A stretch of DNA of 64,000 nt from Octopus sinensis (GCF_006345805.1 NC_043000.1:104408001-104472000), one strand, 5' to 3'; numbered from the stretch's first letter, positions 14,369-25,783 are shown. A program made the numbers and translations. Notes: generated by a model not told the origin, from the sequence alone.

Positions 14369-14735
14369 TATCTAAAGACTATTTCGTTTTGGGATTTGGT
14401 TTGCAAGATTCTTTATGTAAGTTCGTGTGTTGAAGCATATTCTGTTGTGTCATTTTCTTTTTGTGCCTTATAATTTAACATACTCACCAGTAAAGTTTCC
14501 ACTTATTTCTTGTTTTTATTTTCCTAAAATTTTCGTTGTGTCTTGCAACCTTTTCAAATAGTCTTAATTCTGTACATTGACAGAATCAAGATTATTGAAA
14601 AGGCTGCAAGATGCAACAAAAATTTTAGGAAAATAAAAATAAGAAATAAGTAGAAACTTTACCGGTGAGTGTTAAATTATAAGGCACAAAAAGAAAATTA
14701 CTCACCCCAGACACAACAGAATATCTAAAGACTAT
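14369..14735. repeat. Palindromic insert (14383-14721) flanked by 14 bp direct repeat TATCTAAAGACTAT
   Basis: Arms about 14437-14573 and 14580-14724 are reverse complements with scattered mismatches. The direct repeat is at 14369-14382 and 14722-14735. Confidence 0.85.
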
Positions 14736-14879
14736 ACAGAGATTATTAATCTAGGGTTATGCATGTTCAGCTTTTATTTAAGTTAATTAGCCTTAAGGCT
14801 AATAGGGAGGTGTTTAAAAGTTTTATATATATACTAGTAGAGATATCCGGCCTTGCTTGAGATTAAAATGGCATAGTCT

Positions 14880-15150
14880 TTTTATTGTTTTACTTGTTTC
14901 AGTCATGTGACTGCAGCCATGCTGGGGCAACGCCATTGGTCGAACAAATTAACCACACGATTTATTCTTTGTAAGCCTAGTACTTATTCCATCAGTATCT
15001 TTTACGAAACCACTAAGTAAACACAGCAAAATAGGCTGTCAAGCAATGGTGGGGTACAAACACAAGCACATACACATATATGCAACAGTCTTCTTTCAGT
15101 TTCCATGTATGAAATCCACTCACAAGGCTTTGATCAGCTTGAGGCTATAA
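14880..15150 (-). mobile_element. tRNA-derived SINE family A, 3' part
   Basis: TTTTACTTGTTTCAGTCATGTGACTGCAGCCATGCTGG...TTCTTTCAGTTTCC...AAATCCACTCACAAGGCTTTG. Confidence 0.75.
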
Positions 15151-15168
15151 TATATATATATATATATA

Positions 15169-15520
15169 CAGGGGTTGGACAAAATAATGTAAACACCTAG
15201 CATCATAATTTTGAAATATGTATAAAACCCTCAAAAGCTTGTTTATTTTTATGTTTTCTGATTTATTATTAGTGTTGCTTAATATGTTTTGCTAAAATTG
15301 CTGTTTCTTTTCAGATATCATCAGGAAAAGGTAATTAAAATTCATTAAAATGACATTTCTATCGGACTTTCAAAGTGGTCAAGTTGTTGGTGCTCATATG
15401 GCAGGCACTAGCATAACGAAAACAGCCGAACTGTTTGGTGTATCAAGAAGTACTGTCTCGAAAGTAATGACAGCCTTTGAGAAAGAGGGAAAAACCTCCT
15501 TGTTGAAACAAAAACTCTGG
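15169..15520 (+). mobile_element. Tc1-like element 5' end (TIR plus transposase N-terminal HTH), truncated
   Basis: TA|CAGGGGTTGGACAAAATAATG TIR. ATG at 15350 gives MTFLSDFQSGQVVGAHMAGTSITKTAELFGVSRSTVSKVMTAFEKEGKT. Confidence 0.85.
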
Positions 15521-16395
15521 TAGCACACTGGTAGATAAAGCAATTAAGGGTATGAAGCCAAGAAAAGCCCCCAGCCCATCAGGAATCACTGCTGAGATGC
15601 TTAAAATATCTGGTGGTATGGGTTATGGCTTAGTCACCCATATTGTAAACTAGGTAGTTCATGATGGAGTCATACCCAATGACTGGCATAGCAGCACCAT
15701 AGTCAACTGCTACAAGGGTAAAGGTGATGCTTTAGACAGAAATAACTACATGGGTATCAAACTGCTGGATCAGGAGATGAAGATCATAGCCCAACAAATT
15801 AGGGAGAGAGACTGCTTAGATGAGATGCAGTTCGGTTTTGTGTCAGGTAGAAGCACCACTGATGCTATATTCCTGGTACAGCAACTGTAGGTGAAATACC
15901 TAGCCAAAGATAAACCCCTACACTTGGCTTTTGTGGACTTGGAGAAAGCTTTGACAGGGCCCCCCCGATTGCTTATCTGGTGGGCAATGTAGAAACTAGG
16001 GATTGATGAATGGTTAATAAGGGCTGGCTCCCATGCTGGTGGCACGTAAAAAGTACTATCTGCATATGGCCAATGCCAGTACCCACTGACTGGCTCTTGT
16101 GCTGATGGCACATAAAAAGCATCATCCAAATGTGTCTGATGCCAGTATCCCCTGACTGGCCCCCGTGCCAGTGACATGTAAAAAGCACTATCCAAACATG
16201 ATCAATGCCAGGCCCGCCTGACTGGCTCCTATGATGGTGGCATGTAAAAAGCACCCACAACATTCATGGAGTGGTTGGCATCCAGCTGTAGAAACATTGC
16301 CAGATCAGATTGGAGCCTGGTGCAGCCGCAGGCTCTCCAGTTCATCAAACCCAAGCCATCATGGAAAATGGATGTTAAACGATGATGGTGACGAT
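15521..16395 (+). mobile_element. RTE-clade LINE reverse transcriptase fragment plus 3' tail
   Basis: KAPSPSGITAEMLK...IPNDWHSSTIVNCYKGKGDALDRNNY...EMQFGFVSGRSTTDAIF...LAFVDLEKA, with stops, followed by the RTE tail. Confidence 0.9.
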
Positions 16396-16415
16396 GTGTA
16401 TATATATATATATAG

Positions 16416-17080
16416 CACATAATTGTATACATATATGCTGTAATCGCCCCAAACACTGATCAAGAATTCCTTATACTCACTGATCAGTTTTGACTATTCT
16501 TGTAGCATCATCAGTAAGGACCTCTCACTCAGCTGATTTCAGGTTTAATTCTCTATCAGCATATATGTATTCACCATAAACAGCCAAATAACTATAACTG
16601 TTACAAAACAGGAAAACTATAACTGTCGCTAAATGCAAACTAAGGGTGTTAGAACAACTACATTGCTAGAAATAAGAGCTAAAATGCTCTAGTTAAAGCA
16701 CATAATTGTACACATATATGCTGATAGGGACTGTAGTCATTCAAAACACCTATCAAGAATTCCTTGATCAGAATGGACTGATCAGTTTTGGCTATTTCCG
16801 AATATGGTGAATATATATATGCTGATAGGGAATTAAGTCTGGAATCAGCTGAGTGAGCAGTCCTTATTGATGACACAATGGAAATAACTGAAACTGATTG
16901 GTCAATATAAGGAATTCTTGATTGGTGTTTTGGGTGATAACAGTCTCTGTTAGCATATATGCTTACAATTATGTACTTTAACTACAGCATTAGAGCATTT
17001 TAGCATTTGTTTCTAGCAATGTAAATGTTCTAACACCCTTAGTTACATTTAGTGACATTTATAGCTTTCCTTTTTGGTAA
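16416..17080. mobile_element. Penelope-like pseudo-LTR remnants in direct and inverted arrangement with decayed hammerhead motifs
   Basis: Unit 16416-16570 is partly repeated at 16698-16800 and inverted at 16803-16980. Segment 16570-16700 is inverted at 16978-17080. CTGATGA..(G/A)AAAC TGAT(C/T)(A/G) GT(C/G) motifs are present. Confidence 0.55.
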
Positions 17081-17730
17081 CACATTCTGTATAGCTCTTT
17101 ATATTACTTTGTATATATATACGCATTTTGTTACTAATTGATTTCTACAGTTTAATAAATTAAATTTTAAGTTAAGGATATGGAATATTTCTTCAAGAGT
17201 TAAGCCCATAAAACTCCATGCTAATATGTTTCCCTCTAGGGTGACATGCTGACAGAATCGGTACTGCACTGGAGAAAATGCTTAGCAGCATTTTCCCGAC
17301 TTTATGGTTTGGGTTCAAATCCTACCAGGGTTGATAAAATAAGTATGAGTTGACCACTTCCCCTGAAATTGCTAGCCTTGTGTCAAAATTTGAAACTAAT
17401 ATATTTTCCAACACCAAGTTGATAATAACAAAGTTACTTTAATAACTCTTCTATTATTAATTTTAAAAAAATTAAGACAAAAACTGGGTATTTCAACAGA
17501 AATTCAGCAACAAAAGTGTTAAAATATCCCATTAACCATTGTTAAACTAATCATCTAAGGCTCAATAAATGCATTGGAAGTACTGATAATAATAAACTAT
17601 GCAATACAATAAGCATTTGTGGTTTTCCTGACAAACTGAATTTCTCTGATGATTTATTGGCTGTAATAGAGCATAAAAAAGCATTTACGGAAGTTAAAAG
17701 TAATTATATATTACAGGAAATTCTACTAAC

Positions 17731-17777
17731 TTTGAGAGCAACTTTTCGTCTGGCAGTCACGTAATTCCACCCAAAGC
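17731..17777 (-). CDS. Putative coding exon 3 of unidentified minus-strand gene ((G)FGWNYVTARRKVALK)
   Basis: Acceptor catttctcttgttggtag, donor gttagt, open frame, phase-compatible with the 29 nt exon across a 77 nt intron. Confidence 0.5.
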
Positions 17778-17854
17778 CTACCAACAAGAGAAATGTGTAT
17801 GTAAACACTTTCTATGCTTTTGATGTGTGAAAAACAGAGAGGAGAATTTCTTAC

Positions 17855-17883
17855 CAGGCTGTTTTATGGTTTGTCGACCACTC
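17855..17883 (-). CDS. Putative coding micro-exon 2 (29 nt; (R)SGRQTIKQP(G)) of unidentified gene
   Basis: Strong donor gtaaga. Upstream TACTAAT branch-like motif and pyrimidine tract end in an atypical GAG acceptor. Phase 2 in and phase 1 out match the neighbouring exons. Confidence 0.45.
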
Positions 17884-18618
17884 CTCAGAGAAGATAAACC
17901 CAAATTAGTAGCATAGAATATTCAATTATATACAAAGCTCTGTAAATTAGGCAATTACTGTAGTGGGTAGCTTAATTTTCATATTCATGCCTTTGATAGC
18001 TTGTCATTAATTAAACAATATATATTTTATACACGACACACTATGAATCAGAAGTATCAAAATAAATTGAAATGTAAGAAAATCTGGGAAATAGGAAGTT
18101 AAAAACATTCTATGATTTTAATCAGAATATACTTTTAAGCACTGAATATAGTCAGGTGGCTCTGCCCTCTTTTTTTTCCTGCACATTGAAAGCATAGAAG
18201 GAGCATGCTAATATTCCTACTTTCTTACAGACAAGTTTTCTAATTATTAAATTTATTCCAGAAATTCTGATTCATACTATTATTGTGTTTAAAATATACA
18301 TTGGTTAATTCATAAGATGCCACTAATCTCTCTCCCTCTCTTTCTATATATATATATATATATATATCACACACACACATACATATATAAAATCCTTTGT
18401 ATTTGTCCATTCCCAATGCATTCTCAAATGTCTCAACCAAATCAAATCAAATTTTACATGATAATACTATCACACCTTAGGAGTATCAGCTTATAATTTT
18501 TGGGGGATTAAAACAATGCAACATTGATACTGGTTCTGTATTACGTCACAAAACTTGAAGAATGAAAGGGAAACCTTCAACAGAGTAACAGTTACAAATA
18601 GTTTCACTTTTAATAGTT

Positions 18619-18659
<41 letters not shown>

Positions 18660-18848
18660 ATATATATACATGTATATATATACATGTATGTACAAAATTT
18701 ATAGCACTGACCACTAAAAGTGGACAGTCTATATGCTAGATATAGACGTCAAAATCGCTATTTTCCACAAAGAATGTGTTCTCAAGAAAAAACTCAGCGA
18801 AAAGTTTATATATATACATGTATGTATATATATATATATATATATATA

Positions 18849-18875
18849 CAGGGTCGTGCAAAAGTTTGGACCTGT
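18849..18875 (+). mobile_element. Isolated Tc1-like terminal inverted repeat
   Basis: (TA)n|CAGGGTCGTGCAAAAGTTTGGACC; no partner TIR found. Confidence 0.45.
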
Positions 18876-20692
18876 ACGTAATTTAACATATAGCAATTAA
18901 TGGTTTACAATAAGTATTCAAACTGATTTCCACCTTCTTCCAAACACTTTCTTTACTCAGGAAACATATGATCTTTGTACATTTCTGAGCATAGAATTAA
19001 TGCATCTTATTGTTTCAATTTCTTGTGTGATGTTATTTTTTAGTGCTGGTAATGAGAATGGAAAAGTAGATGTGAAAATGATGATGATTATGTTGATATA
19101 CATATATTTCATCCCACTTTTTGCTACCAGTTATTCTTTTTCTTGGAAATACTTTGTTTTGTCACTCATCCTGCAGTCTCATTTATTTTCAACTGAACAT
19201 ACCTTACTCCTGTGCTTCATATTATAACTGCCACATTTCATCCTTAACACCCTCTCATTTCTGCTATAATTCTCAACAGCCTCGCTTTTGTCCATCACTC
19301 TATGTACTCCAACACATATCTGTCACTCTACATCATCTCCATGTATTCATGGTTTTATTGTATTGCTGCTTTACACCACCTTTTTGTACAGCTACTCCTC
19401 ACCTCCTTCTGCTTGACCCACCTCAATTTCCTTCATCTTCCCCCATAAACTGATATTTATCATCGACCACACTTCCACCCTTTTTCAATATTCACTGCTT
19501 TTACCACTATTCCCAACTTCACACTTTTTTTAACTTCCCCACCCACTCTTCCCAATCGTTTGTCCAATTCTTTCTGACAATCACCTTCTTGTACCCTGAC
19601 AACTCGTCACCACTATCTTTATGTTTTTTTCCAGCTGGGGTAGTCGTCTATCTTCTCAACAGCATGACACCTGTTGCAAGGAGATACATGACTATCTTAG
19701 CTGCAATGACAACTGAGCAGCATATGCTTTAAAACGACTGAAACATATTTGTTACTTTAACTAGTTGATTTTAAAGACGGCATACGCTCTAATCTGCACT
19801 GTCTTTATTAAAAATACCCATCAACTGATTTTTTTGGAGATATGTAGTTTAATTTTAGCTTTAAGATTTTAAACATTTCTCGAATGAGTTTTTATCTACT
19901 AAATACTTGAAAATCTCAGTTGATCGAAGTTTTTCAACATTTTATGTAACATGTGAGAACTTACTATGCCAAAGGCTTTACTCAACAAATAAATCTGTCA
20001 ACATTCGTCTGGTTTGGAAGAAAGAACTCACTTATCATGTGACACTTCAGTTATTAAAAGAATGTGAAACCAGTAAAAGAATACACAATACTCATAACAT
20101 TACATTTTCTAAAGAAATAATCAACGATTCAACAATTAAGTTATACAACATATGTATACTGAATATTTTTTTCAAGTATACTTAACAATGTTAGTAGAGT
20201 TTCATTCAATACAATACTAACTGTATCAGATTGTTTTTGTTTTGTCAACGAAAGAACTTTCGCGTCTTTACATTTTATTGATTTTAGTTTTATTCTTGAG
20301 TTTACGGTCGTTATCTAAATGATTGACACTTCTATAAAATTTCTCTCAACAAACTCCCTCACTGTCTGTGGAACCACATTTAAATTCTATATCATAACAC
20401 ATCATATCTGGCTAGGAGGGCTGACAATGCACTAAGATTCAATTTTGATAGATCACTAAATGTATTATTTACTTACTTTCGTGCCATACAATCGTATGGA
20501 ACTATTTATTATTCAGCATGGTTATTCAAATGATGATTGTAGTGTGGTAAGCATCCGGTCAAATGAGGCCAAATCATAGTCGTTGTACACTTACGCCACT
20601 AATGTCCATTATATAGAAATTTCCCTGCAATCAATGATCAAATCTGAGGCTTCACACCTAAAGACGAAAGAAATTTACTTCGTATTACTTAC

Positions 20693-21006
20693 CTTTGGCT
20701 ATTTCGTTTCGAATTTGTTCTTTTATACACATTAGGTTTGTTGGCAATTTCAACATCACAGTTGTCGTTGCTCCGATTTTCTTCTGCGACGCATTCGCCT
20801 TCTCTTGAAAGCGATTCCTTTTCACTGGCTTTCAACAGGCTCTTGGTAAAATTTTCGTCTGCCAGAACTGCATCATATTTTGAACTATTGTTTGGTGAGG
20901 GAATTGACGTTGATGTTATTGTCACCGTATCATCATCAATGATGACTGTATTTAGTTTCGGGCTGGACTCGGGAGTCATGAGACAGAGGGCAGCCTTTTC
21001 TGTCAT
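20693..21006 (-). CDS. Probable first coding exon of an unidentified gene (low-complexity, disordered N-terminus)
   Basis: 104-codon open frame MTEKAALCLMTPESSPKLNTVIIDDD...KRTNSKRNSQ ending AG|gtaagt (perfect donor). CpG retained. The start codon choice is uncertain. Confidence 0.6.
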
Positions 21007-21079
21007 TACAATATTTTCTGCCAGTGTGCTTTGTAAAGTTGGCAGTAACTTGTTGTAATTATATACATATGAACACACA

Positions 21080-23460
21080 CATATATATTAGTGTATTTGG
21101 ATTTTTTCGTTACACCCTAACACAATACATTTTTCGCTAGTGTATGTTTTTATTCATGCGTTTATGTCAAGTAAACATATCCAGTTAACCGTTATTTCTA
21201 TGTAAACATTTATCAGAAATGTGTATATGGCTTAAAACATGTGAAGTGAAAAGATAAACAAAAGATTTACGAAAGTATAGTACAGCTACAGTTCTTATCT
21301 CGGTTATTTAAAATTCAATCACTACATATATACGATTATTGACATTATCTCCACCTTTACTAAAAGAAAATACACGAACTTACAACTCCTCTCAAACTTT
21401 CAAAATGTTGCACGCCTCGTAATTGGGGCATTCCACTTCACGCATATGTGAGGGGTGGTGTGGATTAGTTGACGTTTAACAACCACTAACTTCCATTCAT
21501 ATTTATTAACATTTATATTTATACATCAGCCTCTGTCACACACACACATGTATGTGCTATAAAGTTCCTGACCGAGATTAGTTGCAGTGTTTCCAAAATT
21601 TTATTATATCAATATTGTGAAATTTGCTGCGCCAGTGCTAAATAATTCCAAGAATATTGATATAATGAAAATAAATCAAGTTTTGTAACGAAAACTAAGA
21701 GCAACAGAGAATAAGTTATTTGGTTGGGACTGCTGTCTGAGATACTAATTACGGAACACCCTAAAGTAAAAACTTATTGTTTATAACGAAAGATGACCAA
21801 CTTATTAATTGTGGACACAGAATGCGTAATACTTTTGCTTTTTTTTAAAAAAGCTTCATGTCCATTTATGTACTGGATGTAGTGGATATTGTTTTACGTT
21901 GATTAAGCACAAATACTTTATATTTTAGAAAAAATTTATAAATGAATTAAAAAAAGTGTAACGTTTCTGTTTTCCAAGAGCATTCACAGCGTAGATTTAG
22001 AACCTGAGAATTATGAAGGGGGGAAAAATAAAAATATGACCGGCTAGTGATGGTCGGGAGTTGAATCGTTATCGGACAAAATAAAAATGCTTAATGGCAT
22101 TTCTCCTAAGTTCAAATACTGCCAAGGTTCACTTTGCCTTTCATCCTTTCGGGGTCGATAAATTAAGTTCCAGTCAAGTACTGGGGTCGATTACATCGAC
22201 CCCAGCACATGACTGGAACTTAATCCACTCCCCACAAATTTCAGGCCTTGTGCCTACAGTAGAAAAGATTATTATTATTATTATTACGATCTGGCAGAAT
22301 CGTTGGCACAGCGACAGTTCTTCAGGTTTTACGATCTGAGTTCACATTCTGCCGAGGTCGATTTTGCCTTTCATCCTTTTGGGGTCCATGAAATAAGTGT
22401 CAGTTGAGCACTGAGGCCAATGTAACCCACTAGCCGCTTCCTCCCAAACTTCAGGCATGCTTATAGCAGTAAGGATTATTATTATATGACCAAGAGGAAG
22501 AAGGGCAGCTCAAACACTTTCCCCAAGATCTAATACGATTTAATAAGAAACGAGTTGTGAGTTATTCTCCAAGAGAAGATCTTGTGCAAATGCATGGAAA
22601 ACAGTTGACTCTACTAAATGCGGATGGACTGTGCAACAAATTCGTAGCTACCTAATGATATCTAGCACAGTTTCTCAGTTTTCTAAGTTCAAATACTGCC
22701 GTGGTTGACTTTGCAATACATATTTCAGAATTTGATATAATACCTGTAACATTCGAGATGAAATATACCACTCATAATTTCATCCAACAAAATTTCACCT
22801 GCGTCTTGTTAAAGAAATCACTATTTAAAAGTATCTATTTTTTAAAAACTTTAGATATAATTTAAAGATGAAAAACTTTCCGCTGAGACCAGTTCAACTT
22901 ACGACGACATAAATATCGAAAGAGGCATGAATATCACAGCCTCAATGCGTTTTGAGAATTGGTCGTTAAGGCGTCGGATGGCCCTTGTTTAATCGACTAA
23001 TTCATCTTTACCTTTCATCTGACTGGGGTCGATAAAACGAAATACCGGTCACGGAAATGGAGTTGATTTAATATTTCTATAAAGCATTCTAGATAAGAGT
23101 GATATTTATTTCTATAAAGCATTCTAGATAAGAGTGATATTACAGGACACCAGAGGACTATATGGTTTTTTCTTGCGTCTAAGAAATTAAGTAGAAAAGT
23201 TAAACAAGTTATTTCTTTTTACAATTTTGTCTTGATTTTGATCTGATATGGTGTATTGGAACAAATATTGGTAAAATTTGTTAATTGTTAATCGTGAAAT
23301 AATTACGAACTGATTTAGTACAGTAAATCCCGAAGACAGAAAAGAGAAACGGTGTAAGGTGTCCACCCCTCTCGTATCAGTTGAGTCTAAGTCTGAAATG
23401 CGATAGTAGCTTTCACCTGTAAACTCGTTATCGTGTTTTAAACTTGAATACAGTGGAAAG
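21080..23460. promoter_or_regulatory. Likely divergent promoter region between the minus-strand gene and ADHFE1
   Basis: Lies between two oppositely oriented first coding exons about 2.4 kb apart. CpG dinucleotides are visibly more frequent than in the flanks. Confidence 0.45.
22090..22490 (+). mobile_element. Two head-to-tail SINE family B copies
   Basis: Core GTTCA(A/C)AT(A/T)CTGCC.AGGT...TTTGCCTTTCATCCTTT occurs twice, each ending (A/G)GATTATTATT. Confidence 0.75.
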
Positions 23461-23464
23461 CACG

Positions 23465-23529
23465 ATGGTGAGATTTTTCTTTAGCAGAGAAAAAGTTAGT
23501 CATTTGATGCGAACAGTTTCATCGAAATG
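23465..23529 (+). CDS. ADHFE1: ADHFE1 coding exon 1 (mitochondrial-targeting-like N-terminus)
   Basis: MVRFFFSREKVSHLMRTVSSK+TG|gtgagt. Resembles the vertebrate N-terminus (RARVAYLLRQL, from memory), is basic and Ser-rich, and ends in phase 2. Confidence 0.7.
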
Positions 23530-24399
23530 GTGAGTTTATTAAACATTTTTGTTATTAATGCTCGACGGAGTAGTTGCCCGAAGCAGATTGATATACTAAT
23601 ATTAGACCAAGAAATGCCTATGGTAGCACATATATACAATCAAACACGCGAACTAGCAACTTCAATTATTTGTTTCTTAGTCTCGGTTATTTTATTTTGT
23701 GTGGGCTGGCTGGAGGCAATAAATTCGCGAATATATATATATACAAGATTTTAAAACTTGCAATCTTTGCATTTTGAAGTTAACGGGCTTAACGAGAAAT
23801 TTGGTTGACTGTGAGCAAGTCAAAGTGATTACATAAAAGTTCCTTTACTGAGTACGAGAGATACATAAAACGTGCTGCGAGCGATAAGACAGTGTAATGT
23901 TTTGAGGTAATTTCCTTAATTGCAGAAAGAATAATTATAAACGAAAGACGGAGGCGACCGGTGTCTGCAGTCTTTTATTATTATATTTTCTTTTTATTTC
24001 TTGTTGGCATTTTAATGAGACCACGATCGATTCTTTTGCGCAGACACAAACACAGCTGGGTATTTGGGAATTCACTTCTAAACCACGTGATTTTTGGTTC
24101 GCTTTCTCTGCACGACACTCCAGCCAAGTGTTTTGCCACGGCTTTGAATTAACGGAAAGTGTTGAAATCTAGTTGGCGGAAACCGTCATCTCTGCACATA
24201 TATCTGTCAGGGAGAAAGCCAGTGTGCTTGATAGAAACCATCTTCGATAGTTTGTGTAACTCGGACGGATACTTATTCCCGTCTAAGTTACACAGATACA
24301 CAAATAATACTTCATTACTCTTGCCATCAAAATGCGACGCGGGTATAATTGTGTTGTTGAGAAAGTTCCTTTCCAACTATGAAGTTTAGGATATATATT

Positions 24400-24539
24400 T
24401 GTACAGCCGTGGCTGTGTGGTGAGAAGCTTGCTACCTAACCACATGGTTCTGGGTTGTGTCACCTTGGCTAAGTGTCTTCTATAGCCACTGGTCGACCAA
24501 AGCCTTATGTATAGAGACGGAAACTGAAAGAAGCCCGTC

Positions 24540-24581
<42 letters not shown>

Positions 24582-24790
24582 CTTTGTCTCCCCCCACCAC
24601 CACTGTTTGACAGCTGGTGTTGGTGTGTTCACGCCCCTGATACTTAGCACTTTGGCAAAAAAGACCATAGAAGAAGTACCAGACTTGAAAATAATAAGTA
24701 TTGGGGCTGATTCGTTCAACCAAAATTCTTCAAATCAATGCCCCAGCATGGCTGTGGTCTGATGACTGAAACTAGTGAAGGATAAAAGAT
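24400..24790 (+). mobile_element. tRNA-derived SINE family A
   Basis: GGCTGTGTGGTGAGAAGCTTGC...GACCAAAGCC...CCCCAGCATGGC...GACTGAAAC. Confidence 0.8.
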
Positions 24791-24873
24791 ATTTCTATAT
24801 ATAAATTTATATCTTTATTTTATTATATACACATATATGTTTATATATAAATCTCTCTCTCTCTCTCTACTCT

Positions 24874-25150
24874 TTTACTTGTTTCAGTCATTTGACTGCG
24901 GCCATGCTGGAGCACCGCCTTTAGTCGAGCAAATCGACCCCTGGACTTATTCTTTGTAAGCCCGGTACTTATTCTATCGGTCTCTTTTGCCGAACCGCTA
25001 AGTGACGGGGACGTAAACACACCAGCATCGGTTGTCAAGCAATGCTAGGGGTACAAACACATACATACAAACATACACACACATACATATATATATACAT
25101 ATATACGACAGGCTTCTTTCAGTTTCCGTCTACCAAATCCACTCGCAAAG
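24874..25150 (-). mobile_element. tRNA-derived SINE family A, 3' part, young
   Basis: Near reverse complement of 25900-26156; CpGs retained. Confidence 0.85.
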
Positions 25151-25182
25151 CATTTATACAGATGTAACTCTTTGGAATAACA

Positions 25183-25284
25183 ATATTTGCGGCTGAAGAG
25201 AACTTTAAACCATCTTTTATATCAATTATACACTGATGTAAGAAGGGGTTGTTTATAAAGCTTGAAACACGTGTACCGCGATAT
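25183..25284 (+). ncRNA. Minimal type I hammerhead ribozyme (sense to ADHFE1 intron 1)
   Basis: Helix I ATATTTGCGG/CCGCGATAT; core CTGAAGA 25193-25199; helix II GAACTTT/AAAGCTT; GAAA 25264-25267; palindromic helix III CACGTG; GUA triplet with predicted cut after 25275. Confidence 0.8.
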
Positions 25285-25325
25285 CCTTCGTGTTCTGTTT
25301 TTGATTTTATTTGATATATATATGT

Positions 25326-25673
25326 TGTATAAAAGATCGTGGATAAGGCCAAAACAATGCAAAGTAAATGCAAGGTAAATCACAAGAAAACAAATATGTG
25401 AATTAATGTAGACTTACCTTGTATTCAATATTTCAGGGTTATGACTCCATCCTCAAGAAATTGATGAATGTTGCCGATGTGTGTGTGTGGGCTTTCTTTC
25501 TCTTTTTTCACACACACGCACATCGGCAACATTCGTCAATTTCTTGAGGATGGAGTCATAACCCTGAAATATTGAATACAAAGTAAGTCTACATTAATTC
25601 ACAATTTTTTTTCTTGTGATTTACCTTGCATTTACTTCGCATTGTTTTGGCCTTACCCATGATCTTTTATACA
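25326..25673. repeat. Long near-perfect palindrome (about 165 bp arms, about 19 nt loop)
   Basis: 25326-25489 is the reverse complement of about 25509-25673 with few mismatches (ATATTTCAGGGTTATGACTCCATCCTCAAGAAATTGA / TCAATTTCTTGAGGATGGAGTCATAACCCTGAAATAT). Confidence 0.9.
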
Positions 25674-25783
25674 GTACATTATATACAATGCTTCACAGTA
25701 ATTATCCCATATATGTATATTATTATATATTATATACATATATATATATGATTTGAAATGTATAGTATTAAATATCCATCACA

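Noticed and set aside
20592-20657. Small minus-strand exon candidate before the gtaagt at about 20592
   Set aside because: All acceptors give a stop in the phase required by the upstream exon; one would need a 35 nt intron.
24149-24389. Overlapping ORFs of about 75 aa in a CpG-rich patch
   Set aside because: No motif and no splice support; they adjoin SINE-like sequence.
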